Assembly (NCBI GenBank): GCA_963663125.2 | Contig: CAXXNW010000007.1 | Coordinates: forward strand, 1,327,408-1,391,407 | Origin: Bacteroidales bacterium | Lineage (GTDB): Bacteria; Bacteroidota; Bacteroidia; Bacteroidales; Cfx3-03 | Direction of reading: 5' to 3' | Length of the DNA stretch: 64,000 nucleotides | Part shown: positions 10,536 through 19,334 of the stretch, piece after piece | How the letters are laid out: every line of letters begins with the position of its first letter | Position numbering within the stretch: the stretch's first letter is position 1 | Made by a program: the position numbers and the translations under genes | The notes under the pieces: model-generated | Told to the model about the DNA's origin: nothing | The model's input: the letters and a program-made list of their open reading frames with translations, nothing else | Database searches by the model: none

Positions 10536-10578
10536 GAACGTAAGGGGAACGCGAATTCTCCATTACGTTCATTTTTTT
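10536..10578 (+). terminator. Rho-independent-type terminator between convergent genes
   Basis: gaacgtaa (10536-10543) pairs with ttacgttc (10563-10570). It is followed by atttttttg. Confidence 0.6.
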
Positions 10579-10630
10579 GTCAACCTATTTCATGATATGA
10601 CATTCAGTTCCTAACCGAACTGATAAATTT

Positions 10631-12205
10631 TTAATTCATCACACATCTTACGGATAATCCCGTAGGTTTGTTAGGTGAAGTTATTCCAAGAATATTAGAA
10701 TCTGATAATAATACATAGCCCCATGCATTACCTGCACCGTTTTCAACAGTGCTCCAGAAGGTCGTATTTGTATGCAGACCAGAATATAGACCACCATTTT
10801 GTCCTCCACAAAAGCCGGCCGGTAAGGCTGTAAATCCGGATGCATTAGTAGCACCGGTATTTGGACTATCCCAATGTGCAGTGCCTCTTTCTTTAAGTTT
10901 TCCACCTGTTACGGTATATCCTCCTAAATAATCATCTAGCGTTATCCATTCATTTACAGTAGGTACATGCCAACCAACAGGTGTTATTTTTCGGCTATCA
11001 TTTAATGCATACCAATTATATAGACAACCATAAACAGTCGAATTGTTCCTGTCGTTGTCATAATCACAATATGCTCCAACATTCAACCTAGTCCACGATA
11101 GTCCACCGGTAACGTTAGGTATTAGGTCACCATTACGATATCTTTTCGTTTTTAGATTTTCGATCAACCATACTTGCGAACCAATCGATACCGTATGATA
11201 CACATTGCCATCAATGTCTGTCACCTGAGGTTTTGTTGTTGTTGTAATCGCAAGTCCGTAAGCAGTTCCAATTCTATTAGTTGCATAAGCTCTGATATAA
11301 TAGGTCGTATTCGAATTTAATCCATTGATTGTACTTACAAAAGATCCTGGACTATTCTCGTCAGAAGTCTTTGTTGGCAGATCTATTGTCGGATTGCTTT
11401 GTGTGCTCCAGCAAACACCTCTTGCGGTAACAGTAGCTCCCCCATCATCTATAATAATTCCTCCACAAGATAAGGAGTTTGATGCTATATTTGCCGCACT
11501 ATTTGTGTTTACTGTTGGCAAGGCAGCATCAGTTGTAAAAGTTTGCAAATCGCCATAAGTGGTGCCAATACTGTTTGTGGCATAAGCTCTTATATTATAA
11601 GCCGTCATAGGGCTTAATCCGGTAATATTACTTTTAAATGTCCCCATTCCTTTATCGTCAATCGTTTTTGTGTTTAATGAGATAGTAGGAGTGGATAAAA
11701 TAGTGCTCCAACAAATGCCACGAGCCGTTATCTCTGCACCACCATCGTTAGTGATATTTCCACCGCTACTTGCTGTTGTTGCCGTAATATCGGATGCTAA
11801 AATAGTAGTTAATGTGGGTAAAACAGCCAAAGTAGTGAACGTTATTTGTTCTCCATATACGGTTCCGATGCTATTGGTTGCATAAGTTCTGATGTAATAA
11901 GTCGATGAGTGCATTAATCCGGTAATTGAGCTGATAAAACTACCGGAACCTTTTCCATCTGATGTTTTGTTATCTGTTATGGTTGGATACTCATTGAGGC
12001 TCCAGCAGACTCCTCGAGAAACTACTGCTGCACCACCATCAGAAGAAATTTCTCCTGCACAAGAGGCTGTAGTCGAAGTGATATTGGTTACTACCCCTGT
12101 TGTAATGGTCGGGATCACTTTTTTTGAATCTTTTTTGCAGCTATATGTGAACGATAGTATTAGTCCACTAAGGATTAGCAGTAATGTTATAGATTTGATT
12201 TTCAT
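10631..12205 (-). CDS. Lipoprotein with three ~95-aa tandem Ig/Fn3-like repeats and a C-terminal FISUMP (Fibrobacter succinogenes major paralogous, TIGR02145-like) domain
   Basis: 524 aa. Lipobox SFTYSC. The repeat carries RG(V/I)CWS...TYY(N)IRAYATNSIGT.YG three times. The C-terminus reads DIDGNVYHTVSIGSQVWLIENLK..GWHVPT..EW..L...LPAGF...FWS...LSVRCV, typical of FISUMP. Confidence 0.8.
   Translation of the reverse strand: MKIKSITLLLILSGLILSFTYSCKKDSKKVIPTITTGVVTNITSTTASCAGEISSDGGAAVVSRGVCWSLNEYPTITDNKTSDGKGSGSFISSITGLMHSSTYYIRTYATNSIGTVYGEQITFTTLAVLPTLTTILASDITATTASSGGNITNDGGAEITARGICWSTILSTPTISLNTKTIDDKGMGTFKSNITGLSPMTAYNIRAYATNSIGTTYGDLQTFTTDAALPTVNTNSAANIASNSLSCGGIIIDDGGATVTARGVCWSTQSNPTIDLPTKTSDENSPGSFVSTINGLNSNTTYYIRAYATNRIGTAYGLAITTTTKPQVTDIDGNVYHTVSIGSQVWLIENLKTKRYRNGDLIPNVTGGLSWTRLNVGAYCDYDNDRNNSTVYGCLYNWYALNDSRKITPVGWHVPTVNEWITLDDYLGGYTVTGGKLKERGTAHWDSPNTGATNASGFTALPAGFCGGQNGGLYSGLHTNTTFWSTVENGAGNAWGYVLLSDSNILGITSPNKPTGLSVRCVMN
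11234..12115 (-). repeat. Three tandem coding repeats (~95-97 codons each) inside the FISUMP lipoprotein gene
   Basis: Protein residues ~31-125, 129-225 and 229-324 share the pattern PT(I/L/V).T....I....A..GG.I..DGGA.(V/I).(S/A)RG(V/I)CWS....PT......T.D..G.G.F.S.I.GL...T.Y.IR.YATN.IGT.YG....FTT. Confidence 0.75.
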
Positions 12206-12303
12206 AAGTTCTATTGAATAATTTTTAATTGGGTTTAACTTAAAAAAAGGGAGCTATATATCACTTTAATTCAAAATAAAAATCCGGAAAAGTGATCATA
12301 AAA

Positions 12304-13623
12304 TTATGGAACATAAACTAACCGAAACCCGAGTACAGTACTCCGAGTGCCGGGCGTTTCACTATAATTGTTGTTAATACGACTGAAATCCTCCGGTTCA
12401 ATTGAACAGCCGCCACGTATCACTTTGTAAACTCCTGTTAACGGGCCAGTAGGGTTGGTTTGTACAAAAGTACTCGGTAGGCTAAGCCAATCGCTGCACC
12501 ATTCCCAAACATTTCCACTCATGTCGAAAAGTCCCAGCGCATTCTGCTGTTTAGTACCAACCTCGTGAGTCATACCTTGCGAATTGGCCTGATACCATGC
12601 ATAGTTTCCCAAGTTACTTATACTATTGGTCCCGGCCCATATCGTACGATTCAATGCACCGCCACCCGCTGCATAATTCCATTCTGCTTCAGTAGGTAGT
12701 CGATAGGTTTTACCTGTTAATAGGTTGAGTTTAGAAATAAAGGTTTGTACATCATACCATGTTATTCCTTCAACCGGATATTGTAAGTTGCCTAAATGCG
12801 AACTTGGATTACTGCCCATTACTTCTACCCAGGCAGCTTGTGTTAGTTCTGTTTCTGCCAAAAGGAAATTACTGAGGGTAATATCTGCTGAACCATTATT
12901 GAATGTCCCTCCTTGGATCGATATAAATTTCATTGATAAAACAGTGCTTTTTAAGGTAGTAAAAGTTTGTTGTTGTCCATAAGCACAACCAACGCTATTA
13001 ATTGCATAAGCCCTGATGTAATAAGTTGTTTCAGGAATTAGATTTGAAATTAAACTGGTAAAGCTACCGATAGATGATCCATCTGCTGTTTTATTATCCG
13101 TAATAGTAGGGTTCGGAGTAGTACTCCAACAAACGCCACTGCTTGTTATTGTAGCTCCACCATTACTCATGATATTACCGCTACCGGTTACGTTCCTTTC
13201 AGCAATAGATAAAACATCAGTAGTTAATATTATAGGAAAAGAAGGGAGTGTGGTGAAGATAGATTGGGTTCCATAAACAGTTCCAACGCTATTGGTGGCA
13301 TAGGTTCTTATATAGTAAGTGGTACCGGGGATTAATCCTGAAATAGAGCTTGTGAAGCTACCAATTCCAATTCCGTCGGTTGTTTTATTGTCTACAATAG
13401 TTGGAAACTGTTTGTCGCTCCAACAAACTCCGCGAGCGATCACAGATGCATTTCCGTCAGAAGCGATTTCCCCTCCAAAGATAGCAGAAGTTGAAGTAAT
13501 TGAGGTTACAGAAGCAGAAGTAATAGTTGGAATCACTTTAGGAGAATCTTTTTTGCAACTAAACAAAAGAAAGAATAGTAAACCTACAAGGATTAATGGG
13601 AATATTTTGGGTTTAATCTTCAT
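12304..13623 (-). CDS. Lipoprotein with two copies of the same repeat and a C-terminal FGE-sulfatase/SUMF1-like (C-type-lectin fold) domain
   Basis: 439 aa. Lipobox LLFSC, followed by CKKDSPKVIPTIT, nearly the same as in the neighbouring gene. There are two RGVCWS/SGVCWS...TYYIR(T/A)YA.NSVG repeats. The C-terminus has ETELTQAAWVEVMGSNPS, YRLPTEAEWNYAAGGG, GLFDMSGNVWEWCSDW, VIRGG and LGFRLV, which are FGE-sulfatase family hallmarks. Confidence 0.8.
   Translation of the reverse strand: MKIKPKIFPLILVGLLFFLLFSCKKDSPKVIPTITSASVTSITSTSAIFGGEIASDGNASVIARGVCWSDKQFPTIVDNKTTDGIGIGSFTSSISGLIPGTTYYIRTYATNSVGTVYGTQSIFTTLPSFPIILTTDVLSIAERNVTGSGNIMSNGGATITSSGVCWSTTPNPTITDNKTADGSSIGSFTSLISNLIPETTYYIRAYAINSVGCAYGQQQTFTTLKSTVLSMKFISIQGGTFNNGSADITLSNFLLAETELTQAAWVEVMGSNPSSHLGNLQYPVEGITWYDVQTFISKLNLLTGKTYRLPTEAEWNYAAGGGALNRTIWAGTNSISNLGNYAWYQANSQGMTHEVGTKQQNALGLFDMSGNVWEWCSDWLSLPSTFVQTNPTGPLTGVYKVIRGGCSIEPEDFSRINNNYSETPGTRSTVLGFRLVYVP
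12952..13533 (-). repeat. Two tandem coding repeats homologous to those at 11234-12115
   Basis: Residues ~31-125 and ~128-224 of the 439-aa protein match the repeat consensus of the adjacent gene. Confidence 0.7.
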
Positions 13624-13969
13624 GAATACTATAAAATAAAAGTTTGAATGACAACAAATTATGAATTCTAGGCAGTAAATGTATGCATTTCAGACAATTA
13701 AATAAATAGTGCATTGATTATAAATACTTAGTAAATATGATAAGTTTATTTTGTAATAACAAGCATTTTATAAAATACTATTGTGTTATAAAATAGTTAT
13801 AAAGAGACAACTTAAAAAAAAGACAGTTCAGTGATGTACAGATGATACTATCAAAAGAGAAAGATGATATCTTTATTCAATGAACGTAAAAAATTATTTG
13901 TAACTCTTCAGCTGCAAATTAAATTAACGTATTTAACCTTTTGTAATTGATCATAGTAACTCTAATTAA

Positions 13970-16639
13970 ATGAAAAACAGTTTATTATTTATATTATTAT
14001 TTTTTATTTTGCCCATCTTCGGGTTTGCAACAGAATTCTCTACAGCCGGATTCTTCCAGGTAGAGGGGAGCGGACGAGTTGCTTTTAATTTTAATGTAGG
14101 TTGGCGGTTTCACAAGGGCAATTTCAAAGGTGCGGAAAGCGCAGATTTTAAAGACGCATCATGGGAGGTTGTATCCGTTCCTCATGGGCTGGAGCTTTTA
14201 CCCAGTGAAGCAAGTGGCTCGATAAACTATCAGGGGCCTGCCTGGTATCGTAAACACTTTATATTAGGAAAGGAATTCGAGGGGAAGAAAGTGAACCTCT
14301 ATTTCGAAGCCATCATGGGAAAAAGTAAAATCTGGATCAACGGGATACTTGTGAAGGAGCAATTCGGTGGCTATTTACCTATCAATATTGATATAACAAA
14401 ATACGTAAATCTCAATGGTGATAACCTCGTAGCCGTATTAGCCGATAATAGCGATGATCCATCCTATCCTCCCGGAAAGCCACAGGCACAACTCGACTTT
14501 TGTTACTTTGGAGGAATATACCGTGATGTATGGCTTGTTTCAACCAATAAGGTTTATATAACGGATGCTAATACATCCGGTAAAACCGCTGGAGGAGGTG
14601 TATTTGTTCATTTTGAAGACTTCTCTGACAAATCTGTTACTGTGGTTGTTCAAACAGAAATTACGAAGGAACAAGCCTCTGGTAATAAATATGAATTGGA
14701 TGCAAGCCTACTTGATAAAAACAACAAACAAATAGGAACAACATCAACAAAGTTCATTATTAAAAAGGATGATTTCGTAACCATTACACAGAAAATCATT
14801 GTAAACAATCCTCACATGTGGTCTCCTGATGACCCACATCTCTATAGCCTGATGATGACAGTCAGGGAGAAAAATAAAATTGTTGATGGCTTTCGAACCC
14901 GGGTAGGCATTCGTAAAATTGAATTTAGAGGGAAAGACGGTTTCTTTTTGAATAATAAACCCTTTGGGGATAAGCTGATGGGTACCAATCGCCATCAGGA
15001 TTATGCTGTTGTGGGTAATGCTGTCCCAAATTCGAAACATTGGCTGGATGTTAAAAAGTTGCGTGATGCAGGAACCCGGATCATCCGTTCGGCTCATTAT
15101 CCGCAGGATCCTGCATTCATGGATGCCTGTGACGAACTGGGGATGTTTATGATTGTTCCTACGCCAGGCTGGCAGTTCTGGAACAAGGCACCTGAGTTTG
15201 AACAACGTGTAATCAGCGATATCCGTAACATGGTTCGTCGCGACCGCAACCATCCGTCCGTATTACTCTGGGAACCTATCTTGAATGAAACGAATTATCC
15301 CGATTATTTCGCCCAGAAAGTGCATCTGACTGTCCATGAAGAATATCCGTTTCAAGGAGGATACACGGCCTGCGATTTAAATGCCAAAGGAAATCAATAC
15401 TTTGATGTTGTTTATGCACATGCTATCAAGGAGGAACTGGCGGTTGCCAATGATACGAACTGGAAGCAAAATTATTCCAAATATCAAATGGATTTCAATA
15501 AAACAGAGAAGAGTGTATTTACGCGAGAATGGGGAGATAATGTTGACGATTGGACAGCACACAATTCAAACAGCCGGGTAACAAGAGGCTGGGGAGAACA
15601 TGCGCAATTGGTTCAGGCTATTCATTATGGTAGTCCGTCATATCTGGCAGACTGTTTTGAAACGATGTACCGCAACCCGGATCAGTATGTAGGCGGAGCA
15701 TTATGGCATTCTTTCGATCATAACCGTGGGTATCATCCCGATCCTTTTTATGGAGGCATCATGGATAACTACCGCCAACCCAAATATGCTTATTATTTGT
15801 TCATGAGTCAGCGCGATCCGAACATCAAACTTGAAAATGTCGAATCAGGCCCCATGATTTATATTGCCAACGAACTCACCCCATTTTCGGAAAATGATGT
15901 AACTGTTTTTACAAATTGCGATGAAGTTCGTTTGATTTCAATGGGAAAAGACACACTCATTCAAAAAGTGAATAAAATAAATTCAAAAATGCGACATCCA
16001 ATGGTTGTATTTAAAAATGCCTTTAATTTTGCAATACTTAAATCGAGCGTTCGTCAGAAGGGAGCAGAACCGATTGGTTTGGTGGCAGAAGGTTTGATTG
16101 ATGGAAAAGTAGTAGCCCGGGTAAACCGGACACCTGCGATGCGGCCAACTAAAATACAGTTGTCATTGGATTATCCTCAACATCCACTTGTTGCCGATGG
16201 CTCAGACTTCGTAACGGTGATTGCCTCGGTAACAGATGATGCGGGTGTTATTAAACGGTTGAATGATTATACCATACGATTTAGAATAGAGGGACCGGGA
16301 CAAATTATCGGTGATGCTGCCATTGGTGTTAATCCACAGCGGGTAGAGTGGGGGACGGCACCTGTATTGATTCGTTCAACTACTAAGCCGGGAAAAATTA
16401 AAATCAAAGCTTCTGTCGATTATCAGGGAGTCAATATGCCTGTTGCAGGTGAGCTTGAAATTGAATCCGTTCCATCAACCGATAAATTGATGTATCTCGA
16501 AGAACCTTCTAATGATCAGGAGCTCCCTTTGTCAGGGATAAAAACACCTGAAGAACTTGAGAAACTAAAGAAACTGCAGGAAGGCAATAAAAACAGGTTG
16601 ATCGAAGTAGGGAAACAACAGGAACAATTTGAAAAATAA
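13970..16639 (+). CDS. Glycoside hydrolase family 2 (beta-galactosidase/beta-mannosidase-like)
   Basis: 889 aa with a signal peptide. GH2 landmarks: GWRFHKGNF, DASWEVVSVPH, GGYLPINIDIT, GGIYRDVWL, RSAHYPQDPAFMDACDELGMFMIV, RNHPSVLLWEPILNE (acid/base region), FTREWGD. Confidence 0.88.
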   Translation: MKNSLLFILLFFILPIFGFATEFSTAGFFQVEGSGRVAFNFNVGWRFHKGNFKGAESADFKDASWEVVSVPHGLELLPSEASGSINYQGPAWYRKHFILGKEFEGKKVNLYFEAIMGKSKIWINGILVKEQFGGYLPINIDITKYVNLNGDNLVAVLADNSDDPSYPPGKPQAQLDFCYFGGIYRDVWLVSTNKVYITDANTSGKTAGGGVFVHFEDFSDKSVTVVVQTEITKEQASGNKYELDASLLDKNNKQIGTTSTKFIIKKDDFVTITQKIIVNNPHMWSPDDPHLYSLMMTVREKNKIVDGFRTRVGIRKIEFRGKDGFFLNNKPFGDKLMGTNRHQDYAVVGNAVPNSKHWLDVKKLRDAGTRIIRSAHYPQDPAFMDACDELGMFMIVPTPGWQFWNKAPEFEQRVISDIRNMVRRDRNHPSVLLWEPILNETNYPDYFAQKVHLTVHEEYPFQGGYTACDLNAKGNQYFDVVYAHAIKEELAVANDTNWKQNYSKYQMDFNKTEKSVFTREWGDNVDDWTAHNSNSRVTRGWGEHAQLVQAIHYGSPSYLADCFETMYRNPDQYVGGALWHSFDHNRGYHPDPFYGGIMDNYRQPKYAYYLFMSQRDPNIKLENVESGPMIYIANELTPFSENDVTVFTNCDEVRLISMGKDTLIQKVNKINSKMRHPMVVFKNAFNFAILKSSVRQKGAEPIGLVAEGLIDGKVVARVNRTPAMRPTKIQLSLDYPQHPLVADGSDFVTVIASVTDDAGVIKRLNDYTIRFRIEGPGQIIGDAAIGVNPQRVEWGTAPVLIRSTTKPGKIKIKASVDYQGVNMPVAGELEIESVPSTDKLMYLEEPSNDQELPLSGIKTPEELEKLKKLQEGNKNRLIEVGKQQEQFEK

Positions 16640-16651
16640 TCATAAAACAAC

Positions 16652-16807
16652 ATGAAAATCAGCAATTTTTATCGGTGTGTTCTAATCATGGCACTTCTTC
16701 AGATTTGCCATATTTCTAATGCACAGAATCTTACTCAGTATGTCAATCCGTTTATCGGAACTGCCGACAATGGTCATACATTTCCCGGAGCTGCTATGCC
16801 TTTATAA
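16652..16807 (+). pseudogene. Truncated N-terminal stub (51 codons) of a GH92 alpha-mannosidase
   Basis: My own translation is MKISNFYRCVLIMALLQICHISNAQNLTQYVNPFIGTADNGHTFPGAAMPL*. It has a signal peptide plus the conserved GH92 start (VNPFIGT..GHTFPGA..P). It stops exactly where GH92 proteins continue with FGMVQ.SPDT (compare the intact GH92 at 55185). AT-rich non-coding DNA follows. Confidence 0.7.
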
Positions 16808-17258
16808 GCCCCTTATGTCAGCAGTATATATCGCATGTTGCTCGATGAGAAAGGGATGTTATTAAGTATTTATCACATTATTAATACTGTGTATTATTTT
16901 CAGCCATTTGTAAAATGAACTTTCTTAAGTTAGTTTTTACTATAACGAAGAGGAAAAACCGTAGTTAGAGGAACACAATTGTAATTAGCATTAATCTATT
17001 GCTTTTTATTTCAAAATGCAGTAAATTGTAGATTATAAAAATGCAGTTATTGAGCATTAAACAAAGCTGCTAATATATATTGAATCAGATATATAAGAAC
17101 TGGATATCGTTTTTTTGTTGAAGTGTAATTTATAAATATTTGGTATTTTAATCAACTTAATGGGTATCGGATGACTTCTTGAAACTATAAACAAAAGGCG
17201 ACAAGCTAAAAGTTGATTAATTCTATGTTGTTATAATTTAGGTTATTATTCCGAAGTC

Positions 17259-19334
17259 ATGAAAAAGGGAAATAAAAGTTCGCTTGAAGCCAAATCACTT
17301 CGACAGAAAGCAGAAGAACAGTTTAGTAAAAAATATTCTGGAAAAAGACCGATCTATACAGGCATAGATCCACATAAACGTATCAATGAGCTTGAAATTG
17401 ATATGTTAGCACTAAAGAGGCAGAATGATGATTTCCGGCGTGCACTAGAGAAAGCGGCGACAGTTACTGAAAAGTACACAGCGCTTTATGCTTTTGCTCC
17501 TACGGGGTATTTTACAATTGACCATGATGGCAAAATCGATGAACTAAACCTTGGTGGTGCCAGTATGCTTGGGAAAGAACGTTTTAGTTTAGTAAATAGT
17601 AACCTCAAAGAATATGTTTCGCAGGATACCTTGTCTATTTTTAATGACTTTTTGGAGAAAGTATTTGAAACCAATTTCAAACAGATCTGTGAAGTGAGGT
17701 TTTCCATTCAGGGGAATCCTTCCATTTTTGTTCAAATAGCAGGTATCATTTCCGAAAATGGACAGAAATGCCTTTTAACTGCGGTTGATATCACTGAATA
17801 CCGGCTTGCAGAAGAAAATATTCGCCATATTAGTGCAGTGCAAAACCTCATTCTAGAGAATAGCACGCTGGGAATAACTTTAGTTCGCAACCGTGCTTTC
17901 GAGTGGGCCAATGCTCGCCTCGGAGAGCTTCTAATGCTCCCTCACGAACAGATACAAGGATTTCCCTCTCGTGTTATTTATCCTTCCGACGAGGTATATG
18001 AAGAGCTGGGGGAAAAAGCTTACCCGATACTTGCCAGAGGAGAGCGTTCAGATAACACCCTTCAGCTTAAGCGTAGCGATGGAACCTTGTTCTGGTGCCG
18101 TTTTATTGGTAAAGCCTTAAATCCGGCAGAAGTTCAAGAGGGATCTATTTGGATGCTTGAAGACATCACAGAAAGTAAACGAGTGGAAGAGGCACTAAGG
18201 AATAGTGCTTCTCAATTTGCCAATGCCCTCAAAATTGCACATCTTGCTCCTTGGGAATATGATGTAGTAAATGATTTATTTACATTTAATGATTCATTTT
18301 ATGCAATTTTCCGAACTACAGCAAAGCAGGAAGGTGGATATACAATGTCGTCTGCAGATTATGTAACTCGTTTTGTATATCCTGAAGACTCATTTATAGT
18401 CGGATCGGAAATTCGGAGAGCTATTGAGTCTGGTGATCCTAATTATTCCCAACAGATAGATCACCGTATTATATACGCTGATGGAGAGGTTGGATATATT
18501 ACAGTGCGCTATTACATTGTAAAGGATGGAAAAGGAAAAACAATAATAATTTATGGTGTAAACCAGGACATCACTGAGCGCAAACGAATCGAGGAAGTAC
18601 TAAAGAATAGTGAAGCCAGTTTACGTGAACTCAATGCAACCAAGGATAAATTTTTCTCTATTATTGCTCATGATTTAAAAAACCCATTCAATAGCATCAT
18701 CGGTTTCAGTAATCTTCTGTTAGAGCAGATCAAAGAAAAAGACTATGAAGGAATTGAAAAATATGCCGGAATCATTCAAAAATCCTCGCAACGAGCCATG
18801 GATTTACTTATGAACCTATTAGAATGGTCACGTTGCCAATCCGGCAGAATGGAGTTTAATCCTGAATATTTTGAAATCATTTCACTTATCAAAGATGTAA
18901 TAAAATTATTAAATGACTCTGCCCAACAAAAAGCAATAAGTATTTCTAGAAAACTACCGCACAATGTTCCTGTATATGCCGATAAGGCTATGGTAAGTAC
19001 CATATTAAGAAATCTGATTTCGAATGCTGTAAAATTCACAAATCCGGGTGGAAAGGTCGTTATATCAGCTAAGCAGGAGCAGAATGATTTAATTGTAAGC
19101 GTATGTGATAATGGGATTGGAATAAAGAAAGATACACTTGGAAAGTTATTTCATATTGAAGAAAGCGTCTCTACAATAGGTACGCTGAATGAGAAAGGTA
19201 CCGGCTTGGGTTTGATATTGTGTAAAGAATTTATTGAAAAACATAATGGGATGATTTGGGTGGAAAGTGAAGTAGGGAAAGGAAGTGTTTTTACTTTTGC
19301 ACTCCCTTTGAAAATCGGAATAGAAAAAAATTGA
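17259..19334 (+). CDS. Soluble multi-PAS sensor histidine kinase (coiled-coil N-terminus, PAS repeats, HisKA, HATPase_c)
   Basis: 691 aa with no hydrophobic segments. H-box FFSIIAHDLKNPFNSI, N-box RNLISNAVKFT, G-boxes DNGIGI and GTGLGLILCKEFIEKHNGMIWVESEVGKGSVFTF. Confidence 0.88.
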   Translation: MKKGNKSSLEAKSLRQKAEEQFSKKYSGKRPIYTGIDPHKRINELEIDMLALKRQNDDFRRALEKAATVTEKYTALYAFAPTGYFTIDHDGKIDELNLGGASMLGKERFSLVNSNLKEYVSQDTLSIFNDFLEKVFETNFKQICEVRFSIQGNPSIFVQIAGIISENGQKCLLTAVDITEYRLAEENIRHISAVQNLILENSTLGITLVRNRAFEWANARLGELLMLPHEQIQGFPSRVIYPSDEVYEELGEKAYPILARGERSDNTLQLKRSDGTLFWCRFIGKALNPAEVQEGSIWMLEDITESKRVEEALRNSASQFANALKIAHLAPWEYDVVNDLFTFNDSFYAIFRTTAKQEGGYTMSSADYVTRFVYPEDSFIVGSEIRRAIESGDPNYSQQIDHRIIYADGEVGYITVRYYIVKDGKGKTIIIYGVNQDITERKRIEEVLKNSEASLRELNATKDKFFSIIAHDLKNPFNSIIGFSNLLLEQIKEKDYEGIEKYAGIIQKSSQRAMDLLMNLLEWSRCQSGRMEFNPEYFEIISLIKDVIKLLNDSAQQKAISISRKLPHNVPVYADKAMVSTILRNLISNAVKFTNPGGKVVISAKQEQNDLIVSVCDNGIGIKKDTLGKLFHIEESVSTIGTLNEKGTGLGLILCKEFIEKHNGMIWVESEVGKGSVFTFALPLKIGIEKN

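Noticed and set aside
10631-13623. A diversity-generating retroelement (DGR) targeting the FGE-sulfatase and FISUMP lectin-fold C-termini. The FGE-like protein ends with an Asn-rich RINNNYSETP segment encoded by AAC/AAT codons.
   Set aside because: No reverse transcriptase gene is present. No template repeat matching either 3' end is visible in the short flanking intergenic regions (98 and 108 nt) or elsewhere in the window. The domain type alone is not evidence.
14744-15253. A 169-aa antisense ORF inside the GH2 gene. Similar antisense ORFs lie at 38446-38916, 39750-40088, 53226-53570, 29256-29582, 8849-9130 and 9434-9721.
   Set aside because: All are embedded opposite well-supported conserved genes. 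They have odd composition (Cys/His/Ile-rich, low complexity) and no recognisable motifs, so they are typical shadow ORFs.
16994-17051. Direct repeat aaaatgcagt(a/t)a..ttg (17013-17028 and 17037-17051) as a regulatory site for the PAS kinase gene.
   Set aside because: There are only two short copies in very AT-rich DNA next to a rearrangement scar, so chance occurrence is plausible. It is mentioned under the GH92-stub finding rather than called as a feature.
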